Part shown: one piece after another, positions 12,218 to 21,828 of the stretch
Position numbering within the stretch: position 1 is the first letter of the stretch
Layout: every line of letters begins with the position of its first letter
Source: an uncultured Alphaproteobacteria bacterium
Lineage (GTDB): Bacteria; Pseudomonadota; Alphaproteobacteria; Rhizobiales; Xanthobacteraceae
Length of the DNA: 64,000 nucleotides
NCBI GenBank assembly: GCA_963713785.1
Contig: CAVQNB010000001.1
Coordinates: forward strand, 108,191-172,190
Reading direction: 5' to 3'
Made by a program: the position numbers and the translations under genes
Notes under the pieces: model-generated
The model's input: only the letters and a program-made list of their open reading frames with translations
Told to the model about the DNA's origin: nothing
The model's database searches: none

Positions 12218-13192
12218 TCACTGCATCGCCGTGATCTTGATGTAGGTCGGCCCGAGGATGACGACGAACAGCACCGGCAGGAAGAACAGGATCATCGGCA
12301 CCGTCAGCTTCGGCGGCAGCGCCGCGGCCTTCTTCTCGGCCTCGTTCATGCGCATGTCGCGATTTTCCTGCGCCATCACGCGCAAGCTCTGGCCGAGCGG
12401 CGTGCCGTAGCGTTCCGACTGCATCAGCGCGAGACAAACCGATTTGACGCCTTCGAGACCGGTGCGCTTGGCGAGATTCTCGTAAGCGACCTTGCGGTCC
12501 TGCAGATAAGACAGCTCGGCCGTGGTCAGCGTAAATTCCTCCGACAGCGCGACCGACTGGCTGACGATCTCGGTGGAGACCTTGCGGAACGCAACCTCGA
12601 TCGACATGCCGAACTCGATGCAGATCAACAGCAGGTCGAGCGCGTCGGGAAAAGCCCGTTTGATCGAAAGCTGCCGCTTGCTGATGGCGTTCTTGAGAAA
12701 CAGCATCGGCGCCTGCAGGCCGAGATAGGCGATGGCGACGCAGATGCCGATCTTGATCGGCCAGGATTTCTCCAAGTGCGAGATCACGAACACGTAGATC
12801 ACCGCGCCGAGAAACAGCACGATCGGCGTCACCATGCGGGCAAACAGGAACGTGACGTAGGGTGCCTGGCCGCGATAGCCGGCCATGGTGAGTTTTTCGC
12901 GGGCAGCCTCCTGGGCCAGCCATTTGGTGAGGTTGAAGTCTTCCACCACCTTGGAGACGAGCTGCTTGGGTGTCTGCCGCAGCGAGACCTTTTCGGTCTT
13001 GGCAAGACGATCGCGCTCGCGCGCCCGGATGCGCTCGCGTTCGTCCGCCACCGCCCTCATGCGCTTGTCGAGGCTTTCGCCGGCAAAAAACGGAATGATC
13101 AGTGTGTAGGCGGTCGCGCTCGCCGCGATCGCGGCCAGCAGCATGGTCATGAAATGGGGGTCGTGGAGCTTAGTGACCAGGAAATCAATCAT
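12218..13192 (-). CDS. tadC: Tad pilus inner-membrane platform TadC (T2SSF family)
   Basis: AFPDALDLLLIC, QSERYGTPLGQSLRV, AEKKAAALPPKLTVPMILFFLP. Confidence 0.92.
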   Translation of the reverse strand: MIDFLVTKLHDPHFMTMLLAAIAASATAYTLIIPFFAGESLDKRMRAVADERERIRARERDRLAKTEKVSLRQTPKQLVSKVVEDFNLTKWLAQEAAREKLTMAGYRGQAPYVTFLFARMVTPIVLFLGAVIYVFVISHLEKSWPIKIGICVAIAYLGLQAPMLFLKNAISKRQLSIKRAFPDALDLLLICIEFGMSIEVAFRKVSTEIVSQSVALSEEFTLTTAELSYLQDRKVAYENLAKRTGLEGVKSVCLALMQSERYGTPLGQSLRVMAQENRDMRMNEAEKKAAALPPKLTVPMILFFLPVLFVVILGPTYIKITAMQ

Positions 13193-13201
13193 GCTGCACC
13201 G

Positions 13202-14179
13202 TCAGAAGTCGAAGTTGATCATTTTCTTCATCACCATGATGCCGATGGACATCCAGGTCACGCAGCCGACCAGCATCAATTGACCGGTCGGATCGGTCCA
13301 CAGCAGCGAGATGTAGGCCGGCGTCGTCAAGTAGACGAGAATCATCACGATCGGCGGCAACGCGCCGATGATGCCCGCCGACGCCTTGGCTTCCATCGAC
13401 ATCGCCTGGATCTTCTCCGCCATCTTCTTGCGGTCGCGCAGCACTTTGGACAGATTGCCGAGCGCTTCGGACAGGTTGCCGCCGGACTTTTGCTGGATCG
13501 CCACCACGATGCCGAAGAAGTTCGCCTCCGGCACCGGCATCCGTTCGTACAGCCGCGCACAGGCATCGCCGAGCGGCATGCCGATCGCCTGGGTTTCGAT
13601 GATCGCCAGGAACTCGCTCCGGAGCGGCTCCGGCGCATCGACGGCGACCACCTTGATCGATTCGAACAGCGGCAAGCCGGCCTTGATGCCGCGGACGATC
13701 ACGTCGACGGCGTCCGGCAGCGACTTGAGGAAGGCCGCCTCGCGGCGCTTCTTGAGAAAGCTCAAGCCCCAGCGCGGCAGGCCGAAGCCGGCGGCAAATG
13801 CAAGACCGGCAGCTCCCAATATTCCGCCGCCCACGAACATGGCGGCTGCGAAAAACACCGCGGCGAGCACGCCGGAGACCATCATGAATTTCTGGGTCGA
13901 CCAGTTGAGGCCGGCCTGCGTGAGACGAACACTGAGCGGGATTCTCTTCTCCTTGAGCCGCCGCGCCTCGAGATCCCGCAGTGTCACCTCGACCTGTTCG
14001 CGGCGCGAGCGTTGGTTCTTGTCGTTTGTACGGGCAGCGGCCGGTTCGGGTTTTGCGACGGTGGCGCGGCGAAGCTCGGCCTTCTTCTCTCCCGACAGCA
14101 GCGGATAGAGGAAGACCCAGGCGATGCCGCCGATCCCGGCGGCGGCGAGGAAAGCCATTGCAAGCGCTTGTATCTTCAT
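13202..14179 (-). CDS. tadB: Tad pilus inner-membrane platform TadB
   Basis: LPDAVDVIVRGIKAGLPL, IQQKSGGNLSEALGNL, MEAKASA. Confidence 0.92.
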   Translation of the reverse strand: MKIQALAMAFLAAAGIGGIAWVFLYPLLSGEKKAELRRATVAKPEPAAARTNDKNQRSRREQVEVTLRDLEARRLKEKRIPLSVRLTQAGLNWSTQKFMMVSGVLAAVFFAAAMFVGGGILGAAGLAFAAGFGLPRWGLSFLKKRREAAFLKSLPDAVDVIVRGIKAGLPLFESIKVVAVDAPEPLRSEFLAIIETQAIGMPLGDACARLYERMPVPEANFFGIVVAIQQKSGGNLSEALGNLSKVLRDRKKMAEKIQAMSMEAKASAGIIGALPPIVMILVYLTTPAYISLLWTDPTGQLMLVGCVTWMSIGIMVMKKMINFDF

Positions 14180-14190
14180 GGGGCGCCCCT

Positions 14191-15654
14191 TTACTTCTTG
14201 TCGGCTATTTCGGCGGCGTCGAGTGCCGCCGCAAGCCGCTTCTCTTCGCCGTAATATCGCGCGCGCTCCCAGAACCGCGGCCGGCCGATCCCGGTCGAGT
14301 GGTGCCGGCCGACGATCTTGCCGTTCGCGTCCTCGCCCATGAGGTCGTACAGGAACAGGTCCTGGGTGATGATGGTGTCGCCTTCCATGCCCATCACCTC
14401 GGTGATGTGGGTGATGCGCCGCGAGCCGTCGCGCAGACGGGCGGCCTGGATGATGACGTCGATCGAGGCGCAGATCATTTCGCGAATGGTGCGCGAGGGC
14501 AGCGAAAAGCCGCCCATCGTGATCATCGATTCGCAGCGCGACAGCGCCTCGCGCGGATTGTTGGCGTGCAGCGTTCCCATCGATCCGTCGTGGCCGGTGT
14601 TCATCGCCTGTAACAGGTCGAACGCTTCCGGTCCGCGGACTTCGCCGACGATGATGCGCTCGGGGCGCATACGCAGGCAGTTTCGCACCAGTTCGCGCAT
14701 TGTGACCTGGCCTTCGCCTTCGATGTTGGGCGGGCGGGTTTCCAGGCGCACCACGTGCGGCTGTTGCAGTTGAAGCTCGGCGGCGTCCTCGCAGGTGATG
14801 ACGCGCTCGTCGTGTTCGATATAGTTGGTCAGGCAATTCAGCAGCGTCGTCTTGCCGGAGCCGGTACCGCCGGAAATCAGCACGTTGCAGCGCACGCGTC
14901 CGATGATTTGCAGGATTTCCGCGCCTTCCGGCGAGATCGCGCCGAATTTGACCAGCTGGTCGAGCGTCAGCTTGTCCTTCTTGAATTTGCGGATCGTGAG
15001 CGCGGGGCCGTCGATCGCCAATGGCGGGACGATGGCGTTGACGCGCGAGCCGTCGGCAAGGCGCGCGTCGCAGATCGGCGAGGATTCGTCGACGCGGCGG
15101 CCGACCTGGCTGACGATGCGCTGGCAGATGTTCAGGAGCTGCTGGTTGTCGCGGAAGCGGATGCCGGTGCGCTGGATCTTGCCGCCGACTTCGATGAACA
15201 CCGTGCCGGCGCCATTGACCATGATGTCGGCGATGTCGTCGCGCGACAGCAACGGTTCGAGCGGGCCGTAGCCGAGCACGTCGTTGCAGATGTCGTCGAG
15301 CAGCTCTTCCTGCTCGGCGATCGACATCACGATGTTCTTGATCGCGATGATCTCGTTGACGATGTCGCGGATTTCCTCGCGCGCCGACTCGCTGTCGAGC
15401 TTGGCGAGCTGGGCAAGGTCGATCGCCTCGATCAGCGCGCCGAAAATCGTCGCCTTGACCTGATAATAGCTGTCGGAGCGCCGCGTTTCGGGCATCGGCG
15501 GCGGTGGCGGCGGCGGCTTGACCGGCGCCAGTGGCGGCGCGGAGATCGTGGGCGACGGCGGGGCGCGCGAAACCACAGGCGCCGGAGCAGGCTCCGGCGC
15601 GGCGGCGGGATTCATCACCCGCGTTTCGTTCTCTCCGCTACGCTTACCAAACAC
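14191..15654 (-). CDS. cpaF: Tad secretion ATPase CpaF/TadA
   Basis: Walker A GGTGSGKTT, LRMRPERIIVGEVRG, AMNTGHDGSMGTLHAN. Confidence 0.96.
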   Translation of the reverse strand: MFGKRSGENETRVMNPAAAPEPAPAPVVSRAPPSPTISAPPLAPVKPPPPPPPMPETRRSDSYYQVKATIFGALIEAIDLAQLAKLDSESAREEIRDIVNEIIAIKNIVMSIAEQEELLDDICNDVLGYGPLEPLLSRDDIADIMVNGAGTVFIEVGGKIQRTGIRFRDNQQLLNICQRIVSQVGRRVDESSPICDARLADGSRVNAIVPPLAIDGPALTIRKFKKDKLTLDQLVKFGAISPEGAEILQIIGRVRCNVLISGGTGSGKTTLLNCLTNYIEHDERVITCEDAAELQLQQPHVVRLETRPPNIEGEGQVTMRELVRNCLRMRPERIIVGEVRGPEAFDLLQAMNTGHDGSMGTLHANNPREALSRCESMITMGGFSLPSRTIREMICASIDVIIQAARLRDGSRRITHITEVMGMEGDTIITQDLFLYDLMGEDANGKIVGRHHSTGIGRPRFWERARYYGEEKRLAAALDAAEIADKK

Positions 15655-15676
15655 GATACTACTCCAGGCGGGCGCG

Positions 15677-16945
15677 CTATTTTGCCCGCAGCTTCCCGAT
15701 CAGGGGTCCAAGAAATCTCCCCTTCGGCTTCTTGGTCTCGCTGCGGCCGGTCAGCCGCTGCGCGATCTGCAGAAAAATCTCCGTGGTGCGATGATTGGCG
15801 GAGATTTCCGCAATCATCTGGCCGTTATTGGCCGCCGAGCCGAACATTTGCGGCTCGAACGGGACCGACGCGATCGGCTGGCTCTCGATCGCCTTGGCGA
15901 ATTCGCTGGCGTTGATCTCGGGCCGCTTCGGCACGCCGACCTGGTTGAGGCAATAGAGCGGCATCCGGTCGTTGGGCCGCGCCGCCTTCAACAGGTCGAA
16001 CAAATTCTTGGTATTGCGCAGATTGGCGAGGTCGGGCGCCGCCACGATCAGGATATCGTCGGCGCCGATCAGGGCGCGCTTGGTCCATCCCGACCATTGA
16101 TGCGGCACGTCGAGTACGATGCAGGGCATCGTGGTGCGCAGCGTGTCGAAGATCGCGTCGAAGGCGTCGTCGCCGAAGTCGTAGACCCGCTCCAGCGTCG
16201 CCGGCGCCGCCAGCAGGCTCAGATGATCGGTGCATTTCGACAGCAGGCGGTCGATGAACGCAGTATCGACCCGGTCCGGCGAAAACACCGCGTCGGCGAT
16301 GCCTTGCGGGGGATCCTGATTATAGTCGAGGCCGGCGGTGCCAAAGGCGAGGTCGAGATCGGCCACCACCGAATCCATCGCCAGATCGCGCGCGATCGCC
16401 CAGGCAACATTGTGGGCGATGGTGGAGGCGCCGACGCCACCCTTGGCGCCGACCACGGCGATGATGCGGCCGACGGATTTTGCCTCCGGCGCCGAGAACA
16501 GGTTGCAGATCGAGCGCACCACGTCGAGCGCGGTGACCGGTGCGATGACATAATCACTGACGCCGCGGCGAACCAGCTCGCGATACAGCGTGACGTCGTT
16601 GATGCGGCCGATCACGACCACGCGGGTGCCGGGATCGCACACCGTTGCGAGCTGGTCGAGGCCGGCCACGATATCGCCGCGGCCGTCGGCCTCCAGCACG
16701 ATCACGTTGGGCGTCGGTGCGGCGCGATAGGCCTCGATCGCGGCCGCCATGCCGCCCATCTGGATCTTGAGGTGGGCCTTGCCGAGGCGGCGGTCTTCGC
16801 CCGCCGACTGCACGGCGGCTGCGGTTTCCACCGTCTCGCAAAACGCCTGCACGGACACGCGCGGCGCCGGTGCAATGTGGTCGTCCGCCGGCGGTGGCGT
16901 GACCGCAGGCTGCCCTTCGGAATTCTGGCGAGCGTAGCTGATCAT
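15677..16945 (-). CDS. cpaE: CpaE/TadZ pilus localisation ATPase
   Basis: Pseudo-receiver N-terminus and deviant Walker GAKGGVGASTIAHN, DLDLAFG. Confidence 0.92.
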   Translation of the reverse strand: MISYARQNSEGQPAVTPPPADDHIAPAPRVSVQAFCETVETAAAVQSAGEDRRLGKAHLKIQMGGMAAAIEAYRAAPTPNVIVLEADGRGDIVAGLDQLATVCDPGTRVVVIGRINDVTLYRELVRRGVSDYVIAPVTALDVVRSICNLFSAPEAKSVGRIIAVVGAKGGVGASTIAHNVAWAIARDLAMDSVVADLDLAFGTAGLDYNQDPPQGIADAVFSPDRVDTAFIDRLLSKCTDHLSLLAAPATLERVYDFGDDAFDAIFDTLRTTMPCIVLDVPHQWSGWTKRALIGADDILIVAAPDLANLRNTKNLFDLLKAARPNDRMPLYCLNQVGVPKRPEINASEFAKAIESQPIASVPFEPQMFGSAANNGQMIAEISANHRTTEIFLQIAQRLTGRSETKKPKGRFLGPLIGKLRAK

Positions 16946-17685
16946 TTGCCTGCGTCGCTAAGTTTAGCCTTATCGGCTTCGGGATAAGTGGTCGTGGTCG
17001 ACACGCCCTTGCGATATTTCTCGAATGCTTCGCTGCGCCGCATCGTATAGGAAGGCGTTTCGGCTCGCGCCTGCACGAGATCGGATGGATTGTCGATCAT
17101 CGCCGCCATGTTGCGCTGGTAGGCGCAGCCGAAATTGTAATACTGCTTGTTCTCGAGATAGCCCTTGTTCTTGACCGAGGGCCCGATGTCTTCCGGCCAC
17201 AGGCCGCAGGGCCCGGCCTCGGCCGAGATCTTCGGATAGCTCAGCCGGATCGCCGCCATGTGGTGCGGATTCTCCGGGTGATATTGACGCACCACAATGC
17301 CGCGCGGCGGCACGCCGGCAGCTGCCAGCAGCGCGTGGATTTCCCGCATCGAATCCGCAGCCATCCGTGCGTTGGGCGTGCCGACCGGCACGTCCGCGTC
17401 GATCGCGCCGGTGGCTTCGTGCAGCCAGGCCTGTGCCAGGCCGATCACGTCGGCGCGCTGTTCGGCGGAAAGTCCGCCACGCCCCTGGCCGACAAAAACC
17501 ACTATCGATTTGTTGGCTTCCTCGATGGCGATGGGATGACGCAGGCGATAGTCCTCGGGAATGCTGGCCGTCGTCGCTGCTTCTTCGGCGGTATGCATGC
17601 AGCCCGAGAGCGCGACGGCAAGACCGATCAGCGCCCCCGCCGTGCGGAGGAAGTGACTGCGATCGAAAGATGTTCTGACTGTCAT
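16942..17685 (-). CDS. cpaD: CpaD pilus assembly lipoprotein
   Basis: Lipobox LSGC, DYRLRHPI, CGLWP, NFGCAYQRNMAAMIDNPSDL. Confidence 0.9.
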   Translation of the reverse strand: MTVRTSFDRSHFLRTAGALIGLAVALSGCMHTAEEAATTASIPEDYRLRHPIAIEEANKSIVVFVGQGRGGLSAEQRADVIGLAQAWLHEATGAIDADVPVGTPNARMAADSMREIHALLAAAGVPPRGIVVRQYHPENPHHMAAIRLSYPKISAEAGPCGLWPEDIGPSVKNKGYLENKQYYNFGCAYQRNMAAMIDNPSDLVQARAETPSYTMRRSEAFEKYRKGVSTTTTYPEADKAKLSDAGK

Positions 17686-17706
17686 GGTCTTCGTCCTCGT
17701 CCCGCC

Positions 17707-19175
17707 TCAGTCAGTGATGAAGCCGTAAGCGCCGCGGTAATTGCGGGCCGGCGGCTCGTTGCGCCCAGGCACGCCGTAGATGCGATTGACGGTGCCGAGC
17801 AGATCGGACTGCGGGTCCGACGCCGACGCGAATCCGTCATCCGGCCGCGACAGGTCCTTCTGCGCCACCGCGCGAACGATAAAGGGCGTCACCAGCACCA
17901 TCAGTTCGGTCTGGCTGTTGATGTAGTCGCGGCTGCGGAACAGCGATCCCAGGATCGGGAGCTGCATTATTCCGGGCATTCCGTTGATCGCCTGCTTGGT
18001 CTGATCCTGGATCAGGCCTGCCATCGCCATCGCGCCGCCCGACGGGATTTCCAGCGTGGTTTCCGCGCGGCGCGTCTTGATCGAGGGGATCGTGGTTCCG
18101 CCGGCACCGCCCTGCAGGGAGTTTTCGTTCGAGATTTCCGACACTTCGGTCATCACCCGAAGGCTGATCCGTCCCTCGGTCATGACCACCGGGGTGAAGT
18201 TGAGCGAGATGCCGAATTTCTTGAAGGTGACTGTCTGGATGCACTGTCCGATAGCGCCCGTCGCCGTCGTTTGGCAGGTTACGCCGGTCGGAATCGGAAA
18301 TTCGCCGCCTGAGATGAATGTCGCGGACTCACCTGAGATCGCTGTCAGGTTAGGTTCGGCGAGCGTCCGCACGATACCGGCGCTTTCCATCGCGCGCAGC
18401 GTCGCCTGGACCGACGGCACCGATCCGACCGACGAGGTAACGACGTTGTTGGGAACGAGCGGCCCATTGTTCGCGGTGAACGGGTTGGCATTGTTAGTCT
18501 CACAACCGCCGTGCCGTAATTCAGATTGGCGCTGAGATCGATGCCCATTTGCTTGATGATCGAGCGCTGGACCTCGGCGAGCGTGACCTTCAGCATCACC
18601 TGGTCGCGGCCGCGGACGACGACCGAATTCACGACCTTGTCGGCGCCGCCGGCGAGCCGGGCTGCGAGGTCGCCGGCCTGCTGCGCCTCGATCTGGCTTG
18701 CTGCTGTCCCGCTCAGGATCACGCCGTCACCGAGGCCATCGATCTGGATGTCGGAATTGGGCAGCGTCTGCCTCAAGGCGGCGCGCGCGCCGTTGAGATC
18801 GCGTTTGACCGCGATGTCGTAGGCGGCAATCTGCTCGCCTGAGGCATCGAAGAACACGATATTGGTCTGGCCGACCGCGGCGCCGATGATATAGGCGCGC
18901 TGCGAGGAACGGACCACGGCGTTGGCGATCTTCGGATCGGCCACCAGCACATCCTTGATCTCGCGCGGCAAGTCGATCACGATCGATTTGCCGATGCCGA
19001 GCGAAAGGAAACGGGCGTTCATATCGCCGTCGGCGGCGAGCGGCGCCGCCAGGCGATAGTCGCTCGCCACCACGGGCGTCAAAGCCGGATTGAGCGTCAG
19101 CGCAGTGACTGCCGAAAACGACAGGGCACGGACCAAAAAAGCCCGCAGCTTGGTCTGATTTGGCTGTAATTTCAT
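17707..19175 (-). CDS. cpaC: Secretin CpaC/RcpA; one indel near 18490
   Basis: pil_N region LGIGKSIVIDLP...VADPKIA, QVMLKV; secretin motifs LAEPNLTAISGESATF, PILGSLFRS, TELMVLVTP. Confidence 0.92.
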
Positions 19176-19369
19176 GCCCTTGTCCTCTCGGGCTTGACCC
19201 CCTGGCCGGACCCGAGGTCGGACGTCGCGACGAGCATGGCCGCGGTCTCTAATCGTGCAACCGGCTCGGTCGGGGCAGGCGTGTTGTCGGACCCACTCAC
19301 GGGACATGCGGCGGCAATACCGCCGGCACCGAGTGCGATGGTCAGCACGATAATGCGTGCGGTGTTCAT
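19172..19369 (-). pseudogene. cpaB: 5' remnant of cpaB (~65 codons) at the canonical position between cpaA and cpaC
   Basis: MNTARIIVLTIALGAGGIAA...EPVARLETAAMLVATSDLGSGQGVKPE aligns by eye with the N-terminus of the 21829 protein, then stops. Confidence 0.8.
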
Positions 19370-19434
19370 ACGCTTCACTTTCCACATTACGCCGCGACGC
19401 TTCCGCCGCCGTGATGGGAGTTGACCAGCTATTC

Positions 19435-19450
19435 GTCAAAGCATGGTTAA
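19435..19450 (-). promoter_or_regulatory. CtrA-like box upstream of the cpaB remnant and cpaC operon
   Basis: Minus strand TTAA-CCATGCT-TTGAC. Confidence 0.55.
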
Positions 19451-19496
19451 TGGAGCGTGAGTAAATTGCCTTAACGGAGAGTTACTTGGTGCTGAT

Positions 19497-20021
19497 CTAA
19501 GGAATCGCGAAGTGGGCAAGGTCGATCGCCTTCACCCATTCCGTTTCCGGATAGATCATCAGCGCGCCAAGCGCGAGCGCGATGCCATAGGGGATGCCGC
19601 TCTCCTTGGCGTGAAGGCGGAGCAGCCAGGCCTGGCCGGCCAGAGCGTAAGGGAGCGGCCATTGCCGGAACTGGAGCAGCAGCAGCGTCAGCGCCCCGCC
19701 GAACAGCGAGGCATAGACCAGGTAGTTCAACAGATGGGCAAACCCGAACCAAAGCGCGGCGCCGGCTGCCACCTTGGCGTCGCCGCCGCCGACCCAGCCC
19801 ATGGCAAAGCAGACAAAGGCCACCGCCAGTACGGCAGCGCCGGCGCCGGCATGCAACAGGATGTCCGATGGCCCCATGCCGCTGGCGAGCGCGAGAAGGA
19901 GGAAGCCCGCGACCAGCGCCAGCGAGACCCGGTTCGAAATCGTCATGGTCAGGAGGTCGCTGGCGGCCGCGAACGCCATCAGGGCCGGGAACAGCGAAAG
20001 GCGCACAATGTCAAGGAACAT
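19497..20021 (-). CDS. cpaA: Prepilin peptidase CpaA/TadV (A24)
   Basis: AASDLLTMTISN, GWVGGGDAK, GIPYGIAL. Confidence 0.93.
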   Translation of the reverse strand: MFLDIVRLSLFPALMAFAAASDLLTMTISNRVSLALVAGFLLLALASGMGPSDILLHAGAGAAVLAVAFVCFAMGWVGGGDAKVAAGAALWFGFAHLLNYLVYASLFGGALTLLLLQFRQWPLPYALAGQAWLLRLHAKESGIPYGIALALGALMIYPETEWVKAIDLAHFAIP

Positions 20022-20110
20022 GGGATTACAAACGCCGTACTGCCCGCGCGGGATCGGGGCATCACCGAAGAGTAGCCGCCAGAGCTAAACAATCGGAAAA
20101 CGTCCGATGC

Positions 20111-20257
20111 TCACCAGATGCTGACGATGCGGCAGCCCAGCATCAGGACCGCGAGGATGAGCGCCAGGCAAACCAGTCGCACCGGTGCTCCGTCTTCCCT
20201 GAGAGGGGCCGGCGATGGCTTTGTCGCCGCGATGGCGACGGGATAAGTTTTACGCAT
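20111..20257 (-). CDS. Small membrane protein (48 aa), not in the ORF track
   Basis: MRKTYPVAIAATKPSPAPLREDGAPVRLVCLALILAVLMLGCRIVSIW*; single C-terminal TM helix; co-oriented between pilA and cpaA. Confidence 0.5.
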   Translation of the reverse strand: MRKTYPVAIAATKPSPAPLREDGAPVRLVCLALILAVLMLGCRIVSIW

Positions 20258-20284
20258 ACGCAACACACCAGTTGAGGTCCGGCA

Positions 20285-20316
20285 GAAACAACAAAGGCCC
20301 CGGAATGGCCGGGGCC
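20285..20316 (-). terminator. Intrinsic terminator after pilA
   Basis: Stem GGCCCCGG/CCGGGGCC, 5-nt loop, followed on the minus strand by TTTGTTGTTTCT. Confidence 0.75.
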
Positions 20317-20341
20317 CCTGATGCTCGACTGTGGCCGTCGC

Positions 20342-20506
20342 TTATTTCAGCGAGGTGTTGATCGAAGTGAACTTGGTGTTCAGGTTGCTGCCGAGGCCGT
20401 TGACCACAGCGATGATCGCAAGCGAGATGCCGGCTGCAATCAGGCCGTATTCGATGGCGGTGGCGCCCGACTCATCCTTCACGAAACGAGCAATAAGGTT
20501 CTTCAT
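20342..20506 (-). CDS. pilA: Flp family type IVc pilin (54 aa), not in the ORF track
   Basis: MKNLIARFVKDESG/ATAIEYGLIAAGISLAIIAVVNGLGSNLNTKFTSINTSLK*; GGAG RBS. Confidence 0.97.
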   Translation of the reverse strand: MKNLIARFVKDESGATAIEYGLIAAGISLAIIAVVNGLGSNLNTKFTSINTSLK

Positions 20507-20816
20507 CAGATAGACTCCATGTGTACACGTGGCTGGTCGAACTAGGGTCTGGTCTAACCGGCGTTCTCAGCACCGTGACCATGCCGTCACCCTAAGGTCG
20601 GACGATTGCGGTGCAGTTAATTCGATCGCGGAAACCCTGCGGGAACCGGCTCTTCGCTGGCAGAGTAAATTTGGCATTAAGCGCTTCGTTACAATGCGAT
20701 GTCGGTTTCGAACCGGTATATTACGGAGACGGCGCCGGCCTCGGCTGCTCGCCGTTCACGGCTCCTTAAGTGTCGAAGCGGTACCTCTCTAACGGAGCTG
20801 ATCCGGTGAGGCGCCC

Positions 20817-21644
20817 ATGTCAAATCTGCCCCTTGAAGTCGTCGAGATGCTCGGCCAGACGATCGCCAAGGTGGTGCCGATCACGATCGTGCTGGCGATC
20901 GTGTTCTCGGTCCTCACCCATTTCTGGGCGTGCAATCCCGGCACGCCGTGGTGGCGCAAGCGCGAGCTCGTCACCGACATCTGCTACTGGTTCTTTGTCC
21001 CGCTGTTCGCGCGCGTCCTGCGCATCGGACTGCTGGTGCTCGGCGCAGGCGTAGTCTTCAACATCCACGACGCCGACGAACTGATCGCCTTTTACGACAA
21101 CGGCCACGGGCCGCTCGCCGTGCTGCCATTGTGGCTGCAAGCCCTGCTGTTCCTGGTGATGTCGGACTTCATGCTGTATTGGCTGCACCGCATGTTTCAC
21201 GGCGGCGGCTTCTGGAAATATCACGCGATCCATCATTCGTCCGAGGAGCTCGACTGGATTTCGGCGGCGCGCTTTCATCCCGTCAATCTGTTCCTCGGCA
21301 CCATCTCGGTCGACGTCATCCTGTTGATGGCGGGCATCTCGCCGAACGTCATGCTCTGGGTCGGGCCCTTCACCACCTTCCATTCCGCGTTCGTGCACGC
21401 CAACCTGAACTGGACGCTCGGGCCGCTCAGATATGTGCTGGCGACGCCAGTGTTCCATCGCTGGCATCACACCGCGCTGGAAGCGGGCGGCAACACCAAT
21501 TTCGCCGGTACTTTCCCGGTCTGGGACATGCTGTTCGGCACCTTCCGGATGCCGGAAAACGAGCTTCCCGATCACTACGGCAAGGACGAAGCGGCGATCC
21601 CGGCCGAGATCGTCGGGCAATTGGCCTATCCGTTCCGGCAATAG
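20817..21644 (+). CDS. Sterol desaturase / fatty acid hydroxylase family protein
   Basis: His boxes YWLHRMFH, YHAIHHS, HAN, FHRWHH; WDMLFGT. Confidence 0.9.
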   Translation: MSNLPLEVVEMLGQTIAKVVPITIVLAIVFSVLTHFWACNPGTPWWRKRELVTDICYWFFVPLFARVLRIGLLVLGAGVVFNIHDADELIAFYDNGHGPLAVLPLWLQALLFLVMSDFMLYWLHRMFHGGGFWKYHAIHHSSEELDWISAARFHPVNLFLGTISVDVILLMAGISPNVMLWVGPFTTFHSAFVHANLNWTLGPLRYVLATPVFHRWHHTALEAGGNTNFAGTFPVWDMLFGTFRMPENELPDHYGKDEAAIPAEIVGQLAYPFRQ

Positions 21645-21715
21645 GGCATGATCGGGGCCCGGCGATCGCGGGATCGATCGTCTTGTCGGCTCTCCCTTTG
21701 CGGTTCGTTCATCTA

Positions 21716-21731
21716 TTAAAGGCAGATTGAC
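21716..21731 (+). promoter_or_regulatory. CtrA-like box upstream of intact cpaB
   Basis: TTAA-AGGCAGA-TTGAC. Confidence 0.55.
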
Positions 21732-21828
21732 CAAGTAGATCGTCAGGATCTTCAGATCCGGTTTGCCGTGTGTTTTTGGCCGCGATCTGCCGAGTAGCGT
21801 AAACAGCGTAGCGTAAAGAGTAGGGCGT

